From the NCBI GenBank assembly GCA_963674965.2, contig CAXXFL010000001.1:1550739-1614738 (forward strand): a stretch of 64,000 nucleotides of DNA, read 5' to 3'. Below, piece by piece: positions 30,286 through 39,527 of this stretch (the first letter of the stretch is position 1; each line of letters starts with the position of its first letter). The stretch is from a bacterium (GTDB taxonomy: Bacteria > RBG-13-61-14 > DATKZS01). Position numbers and translations under genes: made by a program. Under the pieces are notes generated by a model. It was not told the origin of the DNA. It did not search any database and saw only the letters and a program-made list of their open reading frames with translations.

Positions 30286-31173
30286 TCAGCGTTCCTCGCA
30301 ATCCGAGCGATAATCGGGACCAAGCACGCTGAACTGGCTCCCGCTCACCGCCCGCCGGATGAAAATTTTCAGCTCGATGGCCTTGTCCGCGGCGAAGATC
30401 ATAATCCTTTCCTCGCCTTCCTCGAGGTCGGAGAGCTCGGCCGGGGTCTCAAGGTCCACCTCGAAGTAGCCGATGAAACCTTCGCCCGTTCCCTTTTCGA
30501 ATTTCACCTCCAGGCCGTCAACCGCCGAGGGATCGCTCAAATCCCGCGAGGTGTCGAAAAGAAAATCGTCCTCGATTTTCTCCCGGACCTCCTCCTCGGA
30601 GAGCGCCCCCGCCCTTTCAGCCGAAAGCTCGCCGCCGACCAGAAGCTCGACCGGACCCACCCCCCGCTCGTTGAACTCGACCCGGCCCGAGACCTCGCCC
30701 ATTTCGTTACTGATCGAGTAAATCCTGGGAGGCTCGTCAAGCAGCCCGAAGACCTTGCCCGCGTCCATGATCCAGATGGGACTCCAGTAGGGCTCGTAGT
30801 TGACGTTGCCCAGCCGGGCCTGGCCGCCAGCCTCGGCCGCGTCGTTGCGGACCAGCCTGAAATTAAGACTCGAGGGATCGGCCGCCGCCGGCAGCTTCAT
30901 GTTAAAAAGGAGCTTCTCCTTGCCGCCGGGGGAAACCAGGTACTCATGGCCCACGCAGGGCTCGCCCACGTCACGGGTCGGCTCCGCCTCGGACCTCGCG
31001 GGCGTCTTGTCCGCCGTATCCGCCGCTCGCGATGGATGCTCCGTGCCCGCGTTTATGGGCGCGCCGCCGGTCTTTCCATTTTTATTCTTGCAGCCCATCG
31101 CCGGGGCCGCGAGGATAATCATCGCCGCGACCGATATCCCCAGGAAACGCGTATTGAATGATTTATTTCGCAA
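30286..31173 (-). CDS. Hypothetical lipoprotein (paralog of the previous gene)
   Basis: Hydrophobic stretch ending AMGC (lipobox-like), low-complexity linker, domain similar to 29374-30228; start uncertain (TTG 31173). Confidence 0.7.
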   Translation of the reverse strand: MRNKSFNTRFLGISVAAMIILAAPAMGCKNKNGKTGGAPINAGTEHPSRAADTADKTPARSEAEPTRDVGEPCVGHEYLVSPGGKEKLLFNMKLPAAADPSSLNFRLVRNDAAEAGGQARLGNVNYEPYWSPIWIMDAGKVFGLLDEPPRIYSISNEMGEVSGRVEFNERGVGPVELLVGGELSAERAGALSEEEVREKIEDDFLFDTSRDLSDPSAVDGLEVKFEKGTGEGFIGYFEVDLETPAELSDLEEGEERIMIFAADKAIELKIFIRRAVSGSQFSVLGPDYRSDCEER

Positions 31174-31373
31174 CGTAAATCCATGGCCTCCATCAATTAG
31201 GGTATCAAAGGGCAAGGGCCGTGTAAATACTCTTTTTCTTTTAAACGGAAAAACCAGGCCCATGTTCCAAGGGCTGAGGATTATTTCGCGGGGGCCGGCT
31301 CGTAAAAAAAAATCTTATGCATTAAGATATATCCTTAACTGATCGGGCGCTTCCGGCGTCCGATCGGGGGGAG

Positions 31374-32123
31374 GTGAAAATGACGGAAGGCGCGAAGGAC
31401 ATGTTGATTTTTCCTCTTGACGTTGACGGCCTTGACGAGGCCAGGGACTGGGTAAAGGAACTCAAGGACCACGTCGGCGCGTTCAAGATAGGCTTTGAGC
31501 TTTTTCTCCGGGAGGGCCCGAGGGCGGTCGAGATGGTCCGCGAGGAGGGTCGCCGGGTTTTTCTCGATCTCAAGTTCCACGATATTCCCAACACGGTGGC
31601 CAGGGCCTCGGCCCAGGCCGTCAAGATGGGCGTCTTCATGTTCAACGTCCACGCCTCGGGCGGAACGGAGATGATGAAGGCGGCGGCCCGCGCCGCGAGC
31701 GAGGAGGCCGCCGGGGCCGGCGTCGAGACTCCCCTTTTGATCGCGGTCACGGTCCTTACCAGCCTGGACGGCGAGGCCCTCAAGAAGGCTGGCTTTATTG
31801 ACGCGCCGGAAAAGCAGGTGGAAAGGCTTTGCCTCTTGGCCCGGGACTCGGGCCTGGCCGGGGTGGTTTCATCGGCGAGGGAAGCCACAAGGATACGCGA
31901 GCTGGCCGGGCCGGAGTTCAAAATCGTCTGCCCGGGCGTGCGTCCGGCCGGCGCGGAGGCGGGAGACCAGAAACGGGTGGCCACGCCTCGGGAGGCCGCG
32001 GCGGCGGGGGCGGACTTCCTGGTTATCGGACGTCCTATCCGGGAAGCCCGGGACCCGAGGGAGGCGGCGCGACGGATTCTGGAGGACGCCGAGGCCGGTC
32101 TCAATGAAAGAGCGAAGGCCTGA
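31374..32123 (+). CDS. pyrF: Orotidine-5'-phosphate decarboxylase
   Basis: FKIG, FLDLKFHDIPNTV, NVHASGG, AVTVLTS, PGVRP, GDQKRVATP, VIGRPI. Confidence 0.96.
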   Translation: MKMTEGAKDMLIFPLDVDGLDEARDWVKELKDHVGAFKIGFELFLREGPRAVEMVREEGRRVFLDLKFHDIPNTVARASAQAVKMGVFMFNVHASGGTEMMKAAARAASEEAAGAGVETPLLIAVTVLTSLDGEALKKAGFIDAPEKQVERLCLLARDSGLAGVVSSAREATRIRELAGPEFKIVCPGVRPAGAEAGDQKRVATPREAAAAGADFLVIGRPIREARDPREAARRILEDAEAGLNERAKA

Positions 32124-32127
32124 GGAC

Positions 32128-32790
32128 ATGCCCGATAAGGCGGACCGGATACAGGTCAGGGTCACCGAGATATATCCGGCCATTATCGGGGAAAGCTCGA
32201 TGACCGGTTTCCCCTGTACCCTGATAAGGCTTACCGGTTGCTCACTCCGCTGTCGGTATTGCGACACCAGATACGCCGTCACCGGGGGAAGGATGACCCC
32301 TATCGGCGAGATAGTGAGGGCGGCCCAAAAATTCGGCCATCAAAAGGCGCTGGTCACGGGAGGGGAACCCCTCGAGCAGCCCGATTCCATTTTTTTGCTC
32401 CGGGCGCTGGTAAGGGCAAGGCTCGAGCCGGTCCTCGAGACCAACGGCGCCCAGGACCTGAAGCCCGTGCCCGAGCACGTCCACGTCGTGATGGACCTGA
32501 AAACCCCGGGCAGCCAAATGGAAAAACACAACCGGATGGAAAACCTCTCCCACCTCAGCAGGAAGGACGAGATCAAAATAGTGCTCATGGATAAAAAGGA
32601 CTACCAATGGGCCAAAGGCCTGATCAAGGCCGAAGACCTGGCCGCCAAATTTTCCGTTACCCTCTCCCCCGCCTATGGCAGGCTGGACCCCAAGGCCCTG
32701 TCGGAATGGATTTTAAAGGACGCCCTACCCGTGAGGCTTGGCCTTCAGATGCACAAGTACATCCACGGACCCGAGGCGAGGGGCGTGTGA
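32128..32790 (+). CDS. queE: Radical SAM 7-carboxy-7-deazaguanine synthase
   Basis: EIY..I.GES...G, IRLTGCSLRCRYCDT, VTGGEPL, ETNG, MDLKTPGS, LQMHKYI. Confidence 0.85.
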   Translation: MPDKADRIQVRVTEIYPAIIGESSMTGFPCTLIRLTGCSLRCRYCDTRYAVTGGRMTPIGEIVRAAQKFGHQKALVTGGEPLEQPDSIFLLRALVRARLEPVLETNGAQDLKPVPEHVHVVMDLKTPGSQMEKHNRMENLSHLSRKDEIKIVLMDKKDYQWAKGLIKAEDLAAKFSVTLSPAYGRLDPKALSEWILKDALPVRLGLQMHKYIHGPEARGV

Positions 32791-32982
32791 TCGGCGGCCC
32801 TAGCGGACCAGGGGTAACGGCCGCGGCCGGCCCGCCTTTTGCCAGCTAAATAGCATAAGCGGGTATTGACGAGGCGGCCTCGGACGGGGGACGGCGCGCT
32901 CGGACAAGCAAACTACCCCGCCGGGGCCGATGGGTTTTTAAATATCTATCCCGGCTATTACCGTCCAATTTGCATTCATACT

Positions 32983-33123
32983 TTAAATTGGACGAACAGT
33001 TATATCCTCCGTGATCAGATCAGGAACGTTTCCACGGACCGATTGAAAGACCTTTGGGGCGCCGTAATTGATGACACAATGCTGAAAGTCGAAAAAAGAG
33101 TGCGCCAATTACTTGGTTTGTAG
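32983..33123 (+). pseudogene. Remnant of a PemK/MazF-family toxin gene (C-terminal third)
   Basis: SYILRDQIRNVSTDRLKDLWGAVIDDTMLKVEKRVRQLLGL* resembles the MazF C-terminus; no N-terminal RP motif and no antitoxin; lower GC than the flanks. Confidence 0.65.
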
Positions 33124-33328
33124 ATCAGGCTGATTTCTATTGATTTATATGAATTGGGGAATCTCGCCGCTTCTAATGCAATTTTAATCTTCTCTGGCGC
33201 GGCGCTTCGTTTTCTGGTACAATCCTTATGTTGGCGTGCGTTTGGGGGGGCGCGTCCTAACCGGCCCCAATCATTTGGCAATTCGTATCGTCAAACCCGC
33301 GCGACGTAAGAGAGGTGCAGATCGGGAA

Positions 33329-35137
33329 ATGTCCAGAATACTAGGTATTGATCTTGGTACGTCCACGACTTGCGCGGCCGTGGTCATCGACGGAGAACCG
33401 GTAGTTATACCGGGCATTCGAGGCAGCAGGGTCACCCCTTCTTACGTGTACGTCATCGAGGACGGGCGCATACTCATCGGCGAGAACGCCAAGTCCGAGG
33501 CGATAGCCGACCCTTACAACACCATCTGGGCCACCAAGCGTCTTATCGGAAGACGCTTTAACGACCCCAGCGTGCAGCAGTGCATCGAGCGGCTGTCCTA
33601 TAAAATCCTTCCCTCCAAGCAGGGGGACATCCTCGTCCAGGGCAGGAACAAGCTCTTCACTCCCGTAAACGTGGCCTCGCTGATCCTCAAGTTCGCCACC
33701 CGTCTCGCGGTCAAGCACGCGAACGAGAACTTCGAGAAAGCCGTCATCACCGTGCCCGCGTCTTTTAACGACCTCCAACGCAAGGCCACCAAAATGGCGG
33801 GAGAAAACATCGGGCTCGAGGTGGTCCGGCTGGTGAACGAGCCGACGGCCGCGGCCCTGGCCTGGGGATACCACGAGGAGTCGGACAAGACCATCGCCGT
33901 CTACGACCTGGGAGGCGGGACTTTCGACGTCTCGATCCTGGCCGTGGGCAAGGGCGTCTACGAGGTCCTGGCCACGCGGGGCAACTCCTGGCTGGGCGGC
34001 GAGGACTTCGACAACCGCCTGGTGGCGCACGTGGCGGCCAAGTTCAGGGACCAGTACGGCATTAACGTGTTCAACGACAAGATGGCCCACCAGCGGGTCA
34101 AGACGGCCTCGGAGAAGGCCAAGATCGAGCTCAGCGTCAAGGAAACCTCTCGCATGTACGTGCCCGAGCCCTGCCCGGACGTCAGCCGCGTGGCCGATAT
34201 CGATTACGATATCACCAGGACGGAGTTCAACGGGCTGATCGAGGACCTGGTAGATCAGACGGTCTTGACTTTCCAGGACGCCCTTCGGGACGCGGAGCTG
34301 GACATCGACGAGGTTGATAACGTCATCCTGGTGGGAGGAATGACTCGGGTCCCCCTCGTGCGCGATAAGATCGAGGCCTTCATCGGCAGGAAGTCCGACC
34401 AGTCCATCGACCCGGACGAGGCGGTGGCCAAGGGCGCGGCCATCCACGCGGCCGCCTTGGCCGGGGTCGAGGTCCTTTTACCCGCGGCCGTGTCAACCAG
34501 AAAAAAACAACCACCATCGCCGCCGCAGGAGCCGGGAGCGGAATGGGAGCCGTCCTCCGAGCGCGGACCGGGCGGCGGCCGGGAGACGACCCTCGATAAT
34601 ACGGGCTCGGTTTCGGCGAGCGAGGCCAACCAGGAATGGGAGGACCGGGAAACCCCCATCGAGATGCCGGAGGCGGGCCCCGAGGCCCCGGAGGAGGAGA
34701 AGTGGCGGCCCGTCGGCAAACCGGAGGAGGAAGAGGCCCCGGCCGAGGGCCTCGAGACCGAGCGCCGGTCGGCCAAGGCCCCTCTTCTTATCGACGTCGT
34801 GTCCCAGTCGGTGGGCATAGCGGACATGGCCGGTCTTTTCGTGCCGCTTATAAAGCACAACTCCAAACTCCCGGCCAAGGTCAGCCAGGTGGTGACCACC
34901 TGCGTCGACCAGCAGATGGCCATCCGCATCTCCGTCTACCAGGGCGAGGAAAAATACGTGAGGGACAAGGTCATGCTGGGAGAGTTCGTCCTGCAAGGGA
35001 TCGAGAAGGCGCCGAGGGGAACGGCGCAAATCCTGGTGACCTTTAACATAGACCAAAGCGGGCTTTTCACGGTGAGCGCCCGCGACCTAAAAACCAACGC
35101 CGCCAAGGAGATCAGGGTCGAGGGACTGAACCTGTAG
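33329..35137 (+). CDS. Atypical Hsp70/DnaK-family protein (acidic insert, no lid)
   Basis: GIDLGT, TVPASFND.QR, NEPTAAALA, YDLGGGTFDVSIL, LGGEDFD, LVGGMTRVP, DPDEAVAKGAA, LLIDV, FNIDQSG. Confidence 0.92.
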   Translation: MSRILGIDLGTSTTCAAVVIDGEPVVIPGIRGSRVTPSYVYVIEDGRILIGENAKSEAIADPYNTIWATKRLIGRRFNDPSVQQCIERLSYKILPSKQGDILVQGRNKLFTPVNVASLILKFATRLAVKHANENFEKAVITVPASFNDLQRKATKMAGENIGLEVVRLVNEPTAAALAWGYHEESDKTIAVYDLGGGTFDVSILAVGKGVYEVLATRGNSWLGGEDFDNRLVAHVAAKFRDQYGINVFNDKMAHQRVKTASEKAKIELSVKETSRMYVPEPCPDVSRVADIDYDITRTEFNGLIEDLVDQTVLTFQDALRDAELDIDEVDNVILVGGMTRVPLVRDKIEAFIGRKSDQSIDPDEAVAKGAAIHAAALAGVEVLLPAAVSTRKKQPPSPPQEPGAEWEPSSERGPGGGRETTLDNTGSVSASEANQEWEDRETPIEMPEAGPEAPEEEKWRPVGKPEEEEAPAEGLETERRSAKAPLLIDVVSQSVGIADMAGLFVPLIKHNSKLPAKVSQVVTTCVDQQMAIRISVYQGEEKYVRDKVMLGEFVLQGIEKAPRGTAQILVTFNIDQSGLFTVSARDLKTNAAKEIRVEGLNL

Positions 35138-35157
35138 GCCCCGGCCGATAACTTCAC

Positions 35158-36735
35158 ATGGACGAAAAGGAACACCTTTCCGTGCCGGTATTGACTCAGT
35201 CCGAGGAAGAGGAGGCTGAGGAGGAAAAATACCGGCTCGAGCTTAACTACCTCGAGTGGATAGTGGTGGTCAACCTCTCGTCCTCGGGCGACCCCGAGGC
35301 CGTCTCCGATATCGTTTCCAAGACTCAGCTTGATCCCGACGAGCTCGAGAACGTTCTCGAGGGTCTCCGGCTCAGGGGCGTTATCTCCAGGGTCGGGGCC
35401 AACGGGGCCTCGGCCGAGGAGGATAATGACGAGATTTTCGACGAGACCGACTTCGCCCGGATAACCGGAAGGCCCGTGAACGGCTACGCGGCCGAGGAAA
35501 ATGCGCTTTCCACCGCCGAACAAGCGGAGGAGGAAGAGGGTTCCGAGGTCGAGTCGATCGAGATGACTCTTCCCGCCAGGGAAAAAACCGCGGCCCCCGC
35601 TACCGAGAAGGCGCCACAAGAGGGGGACGATAAAGAAGGCGTCTCCGGCGAGACCGTCGCCTCTTCGGATTCTGATGCCGGCGAGACCCAGGAGGGACCC
35701 CCAAAAGTTGAAGTACCGGAAGAAGCCCGTCCCGAGGAGGCGGCGGTTTTTCAGTTCACCGAGGGCGTGGCCCGGACCCAGGTGGAAGTCGAGAGCGAGA
35801 CGGCCCAGGATAAGCGGGAAAGGCCCGAAAAGGAAGACAAGCAAGACGAGGCGGTCCTGGACGCGGAGGGCCTCTCGAGATATCTCCAGTCGTTAAAGGA
35901 CAAACATTACTACGACATGCTGGGCGTCTCGCCCTCGGCGGAACGGGTCGAGATCAGGGGCGCTTACTACGATCTCGTGTCCAGGTTCCATCCCGATCAG
36001 AACCGGAACGTGGAGGACAAAAAGGTCCAGGAAATACTGGCCGACGTTTTCGGGATTCTGACCAAGGCCTACGAGACCCTCTACCGAAAAAAGGAGAGAC
36101 TGAAATACGACCGGACGATCCCCAAGGTGACGGGCGCTCAGGAAAGCGAGGAGGACGAGGCCCTGGCCATGTTGTTCGATGAGTCCAGCGCCTACCTTCC
36201 GGCCGCCAAAAAGGACTCGAAGCCGGCGGGATGGTCCTTTTACGAGGCGGCCGTCGAGGCCTTCCAGGCGGGCGACTATAACGCGGCCGACCTCAACTTC
36301 AAGCTGGCCGCGGGCATGGAGCCGGGCCGGGCCGAGTACGTCGAGGGCCTGGAGAAGACCCGGGAGATAATCAACAAGAGCCGCCTGACGGAACTGAAAA
36401 GGGAGGGCAAGTGGCAGGAGGACCAGCGGCGATACCATGAAGCCATCGCCTGTTTCAGTCAGGCCGTAGACCTGGACCCCACGGACCCGGACCTTCGTTA
36501 CGCGCTGGCCAGAATCAGGTTCCTCAAGACCATGGACCGTATTCGGGCTGAGGAGGATATAAGCTGGGCCATTTCCCTTGACCCCGACCACGTGGAGGGG
36601 CTTTTGCTTCTCGGCAGAATCCAGGCCTGGAAAGGAAATTTTGAGGCGGCCATCGAGGCCTTTAAAAAGGTCCTAGCCATTCAGCCGGGACATAAAAAGG
36701 CCCACCAGGCCCTCGAGCTGTTCGCCAGCCATTAG
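35158..36735 (+). CDS. J-domain (HPD) co-chaperone with acidic linker and C-terminal TPRs
   Basis: YYDMLGVS...IRGAYYDLVSRFHPD...KAYETL; TPR-like repeats after it; N-terminal winged-helix-like segment. Confidence 0.88.
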   Translation: MDEKEHLSVPVLTQSEEEEAEEEKYRLELNYLEWIVVVNLSSSGDPEAVSDIVSKTQLDPDELENVLEGLRLRGVISRVGANGASAEEDNDEIFDETDFARITGRPVNGYAAEENALSTAEQAEEEEGSEVESIEMTLPAREKTAAPATEKAPQEGDDKEGVSGETVASSDSDAGETQEGPPKVEVPEEARPEEAAVFQFTEGVARTQVEVESETAQDKRERPEKEDKQDEAVLDAEGLSRYLQSLKDKHYYDMLGVSPSAERVEIRGAYYDLVSRFHPDQNRNVEDKKVQEILADVFGILTKAYETLYRKKERLKYDRTIPKVTGAQESEEDEALAMLFDESSAYLPAAKKDSKPAGWSFYEAAVEAFQAGDYNAADLNFKLAAGMEPGRAEYVEGLEKTREIINKSRLTELKREGKWQEDQRRYHEAIACFSQAVDLDPTDPDLRYALARIRFLKTMDRIRAEEDISWAISLDPDHVEGLLLLGRIQAWKGNFEAAIEAFKKVLAIQPGHKKAHQALELFASH

Positions 36736-36800
36736 CTCCTTTCGCCAAAACTTTACCTTCGCTCTTGCCCGCTCACCCCCGCTCGACTTATGCTGGAGAC

Positions 36801-38330
36801 ATGCCGAACCTTGAACCGCAAGTAAATCCTCTCGTCAGGATGAAAGGAATTGAAAAGTCCTTTCCCGGCATCCACGCTCTAAGGGGGGTGGACCTGGAAC
36901 TGTTTCCCGGCGAGGTCCACGTCCTTCTGGGAGAGAACGGCGCGGGCAAGTCCACCTTGATGAAGGTGCTGGCCGGCGTGTACCAGGCCGACTCGGGCGG
37001 GATCGAGATGGAAGGACGCCCGGTTAGGCCGCGCTCGACCCTCGAGGCCCGGGGCCTGGGCGTCGTCATGGTGATGCAGGAGTTCAACCTTATCCCCGAC
37101 CTGTCGGTGGCCGAGAACCTGGTGCTCATCAACCGGCCGGAAGGCCGCCTCTCGGGCCTGGTAAACAAGAAAAACATGGAGGCAAAGGCCCGGGACATAT
37201 TGGAGAGGCTTGGAATAAACGTGGCCCCCGGACGCGTCGTCCGGCGTCTGTCCGTGGCGGAAAAGCAGCTCGTCGAGATAGCCAAGGCGGCCGGGCTATC
37301 GGCTCGCGTGCTCGTTCTGGACGAGCCTACCGCCGCCCTTTCCGAGGCCGAGGTGGGAAGGCTGTTCCGGCTGATAAGGGACTTGAAGGCACGGGGCGCG
37401 GCCATCGTTTATATCAGCCACCGCTTCGAGGAGATTTACGAGATCGGCGACAGGGTGACTGTCCTCCGTGACGGCGAGCGGGTCGGGTCCCATTTGATCG
37501 ACTCCGTGGGCGAGCGGGAATTGATATGTGAAATGGCCGGCCGGGAGCTGGCCGATCTATATCCAAGGCGTCGCGTCGCCCCCGGCGAGGAGGCCCTGGC
37601 CGTCCGCGGTATTTCGGTCGGAGACGAGGTGAAAAGCGTAAGCTTCACCCTGCGGCGCGGCGAGATACTGGGCCTGGGCGGGCTTATGGGCGCTGGACGC
37701 ACGGCCCTGGCCAAGGCCATAATCGGGGCGGTCTTCGCCAGGGAGGGCGAGGTGTCGGTCTTTGGCCGGCGGGCGTGGTTTTCCTCTCCCCGCGCCGCCC
37801 TCGAGGCCGGGGTGGCCTACCTGACCGAGGACCGCAAGGACGAGGGGTTATTCCTGGGCAAGAGTCTGGCCTGGAACCTTTCCATATCCGATCTCGCGGG
37901 AGTCGTCAGAAGGGGCATAATCGACTTTCAAGCGGAGAAAGAGCGCGCCCGAGAGTATATCGGGAAGCTCAGGATTTCTCCGCCCGACCCGGACAAGGCG
38001 GCGGGGACCTTTTCCGGCGGCGGCCAGCAGAAGATTCTTCTGGCCAGGTGGCTGGCCTCGGGTCCGGGTATATTGATTCTTGACGAGCCCACCCGCGGGG
38101 TTGACGTGGGGGCCAAGGCGGAAATCTACTCGATCATGGACGGCTTCGTGGGACAAGGCGGCGCCGTTCTTCTGATAAGCTCAGACCTTCCCGAGCTTCT
38201 GGCCATGTCCGACAGGATCGCGGTCATGCGGGAAGGGGCCATCCAAGGCGAACTCGAGTTTGGCCGGTTCGACCAGGAAAGAGTAGTGGCCATGGCCGCC
38301 GGCGTGGACCCTTCCTCCATATCCGACTGA
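36801..38330 (+). CDS. Sugar ABC transporter ATP-binding protein (RbsA/MglA-type, two ABC domains)
   Basis: GENGAGKST, LVLDEPT, YISHR, GLMGAGRT, FSGGGQQK, LDEPTRGVDVGAK, SSDLPEL. Confidence 0.93.
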   Translation: MPNLEPQVNPLVRMKGIEKSFPGIHALRGVDLELFPGEVHVLLGENGAGKSTLMKVLAGVYQADSGGIEMEGRPVRPRSTLEARGLGVVMVMQEFNLIPDLSVAENLVLINRPEGRLSGLVNKKNMEAKARDILERLGINVAPGRVVRRLSVAEKQLVEIAKAAGLSARVLVLDEPTAALSEAEVGRLFRLIRDLKARGAAIVYISHRFEEIYEIGDRVTVLRDGERVGSHLIDSVGERELICEMAGRELADLYPRRRVAPGEEALAVRGISVGDEVKSVSFTLRRGEILGLGGLMGAGRTALAKAIIGAVFAREGEVSVFGRRAWFSSPRAALEAGVAYLTEDRKDEGLFLGKSLAWNLSISDLAGVVRRGIIDFQAEKERAREYIGKLRISPPDPDKAAGTFSGGGQQKILLARWLASGPGILILDEPTRGVDVGAKAEIYSIMDGFVGQGGAVLLISSDLPELLAMSDRIAVMREGAIQGELEFGRFDQERVVAMAAGVDPSSISD

Positions 38331-38433
38331 CCATACCTATTCTTGCATTTTATTACCCCGCCCAAAGCGGCGGCGTAACCTTTCGCCCTCTCCGGCGTCT
38401 TTAGCCATTAAAAGACGTAGAGGAGAAAACAGG

Positions 38434-38628
38434 ATGTCCATAATGGTTGACGAAAACAGGTGTCCCCAAAACCACCGCTGCCCGGCGATCGGGACTTGCA
38501 AGTTCGAGGCCCTTTCCCAAAAGGGTAACGACGCCCCTAAGGTGGACGAGGAAAAATGTACCGAGTGCGGCAAGTGCGTCAGGTTCTGCCCAATGGGAGC
38601 GCTTCAAAAAGCCGACTCGCTGCATTGA
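38434..38628 (+). CDS. Small 4Fe-4S ferredoxin-like protein
   Basis: CPQNHRCPAIGTC and CTECGKCVRFCP; RBS AGGAG. Confidence 0.88.
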   Translation: MSIMVDENRCPQNHRCPAIGTCKFEALSQKGNDAPKVDEEKCTECGKCVRFCPMGALQKADSLH

Positions 38629-38691
38629 CAAAGTCGCTGGAAGCGCGCTAATGCGCCCTCCCGGGAAAAAGCGGGGCACATGGCAGCATTA

Positions 38692-38815
38692 CCTAACGGC
38701 CAGATTCATCGGGCTTCCGAGCGAGCTTTAGCCACGCGAGCCAATAGGCCCGCGCTTCAGCGCGGGTTACTCGGCGACCCGCGTTTTGGACGAGGGCGTT
38801 TTAACGTCCTTCTCG
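38692..38815 (+). repeat. REP-like multi-hairpin unit, copy 1 (124 bp)
   Basis: Near-identical to 39528-39651; contains hairpins with TTCA/TTTA loops such as GCCCGCGC-TTCA-GCGCGGGT. Confidence 0.9.
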
Positions 38816-38834
38816 CTATGGACGCTTCAGCGAC

Positions 38835-39260
38835 CTATTCCTCCTCCGCGTCGATCCGCTCCAACCGATCGCTAACCTTGCCCGAGCCATGTCGTTCCTT
38901 CTGCCCTTCAATGTATTCCTTTACGAAATCCAAATTATTCCTGCCAAACGAAACGACGCCGTACCCGGCCTGCCATTGCAGCGCCTTTCTACCAAGCCGC
39001 TTGTTCATGAAAAACGAACTTGCCCCCTTCAACTCGCCGATCAAATCGGAAATCAAAACCGATGGCGCGACCGAAACGCAAAGATGGACGTGATCTTCGG
39101 TACCCCCGATGCAATGGCAAAACACTCCCGCCGCCTCGGCGCATTTATGCCGGATGAATTTGTACAACGCCTCCTCCATCTCGGACTTGATCAAGGGCCG
39201 TCCGTCCTTGGCGCGCCAAACCGCGTGCAGGTAAATCTCGGAATATACGTTTCGCGACAT
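38835..39260 (-). CDS. tnpA: IS200/IS605-family Y1 HUH transposase
   Basis: LH.VW.AK...LI, HUH motif DHVHL, LKGASS, WQAGY...S, catalytic Tyr in YIEGQ; start MSRNVY at 39260. Confidence 0.9.
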   Translation of the reverse strand: MSRNVYSEIYLHAVWRAKDGRPLIKSEMEEALYKFIRHKCAEAAGVFCHCIGGTEDHVHLCVSVAPSVLISDLIGELKGASSFFMNKRLGRKALQWQAGYGVVSFGRNNLDFVKEYIEGQKERHGSGKVSDRLERIDAEEE

Positions 39261-39289
39261 TGTCCTCTCCTCGGATAAATCCATTGTTT

Positions 39290-39395
39290 CGAGAAGCACG
39301 CTAAAGCGCCCTCCCGGAAATATCGGGGCCACCGACAACCCGCGCTGAAGCACGGGCCTGGAACTCGCTACGCTCGGAAGGCCGTTGAAACGGCC
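39290..39395 (-). repeat. REP-like multi-hairpin unit, inverted diverged copy
   Basis: Reverse complement reads GGCCGT-TTCA-ACGGCC TTCCGAGCG..AGGCCCGTGCTTCAGCGCGGGTT..GAGGGCGC-TTTA-GCGTGCTTCTCG, colinear with the 124-bp unit; a partial inverted copy also lies at 38641-38679. Confidence 0.85.
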
Positions 39396-39527
39396 AAGGC
39401 GTCGGCGGGATTCAGGTTACGTACACCGGTCCGCCAAGTTGGACTACCAGTCGCCCGTCATTATACGGACTCGTCAGCCGTTATTTCAATTACCGTTTTC
39501 CCCGCGCGCCTCACCGTCCCAATAATC

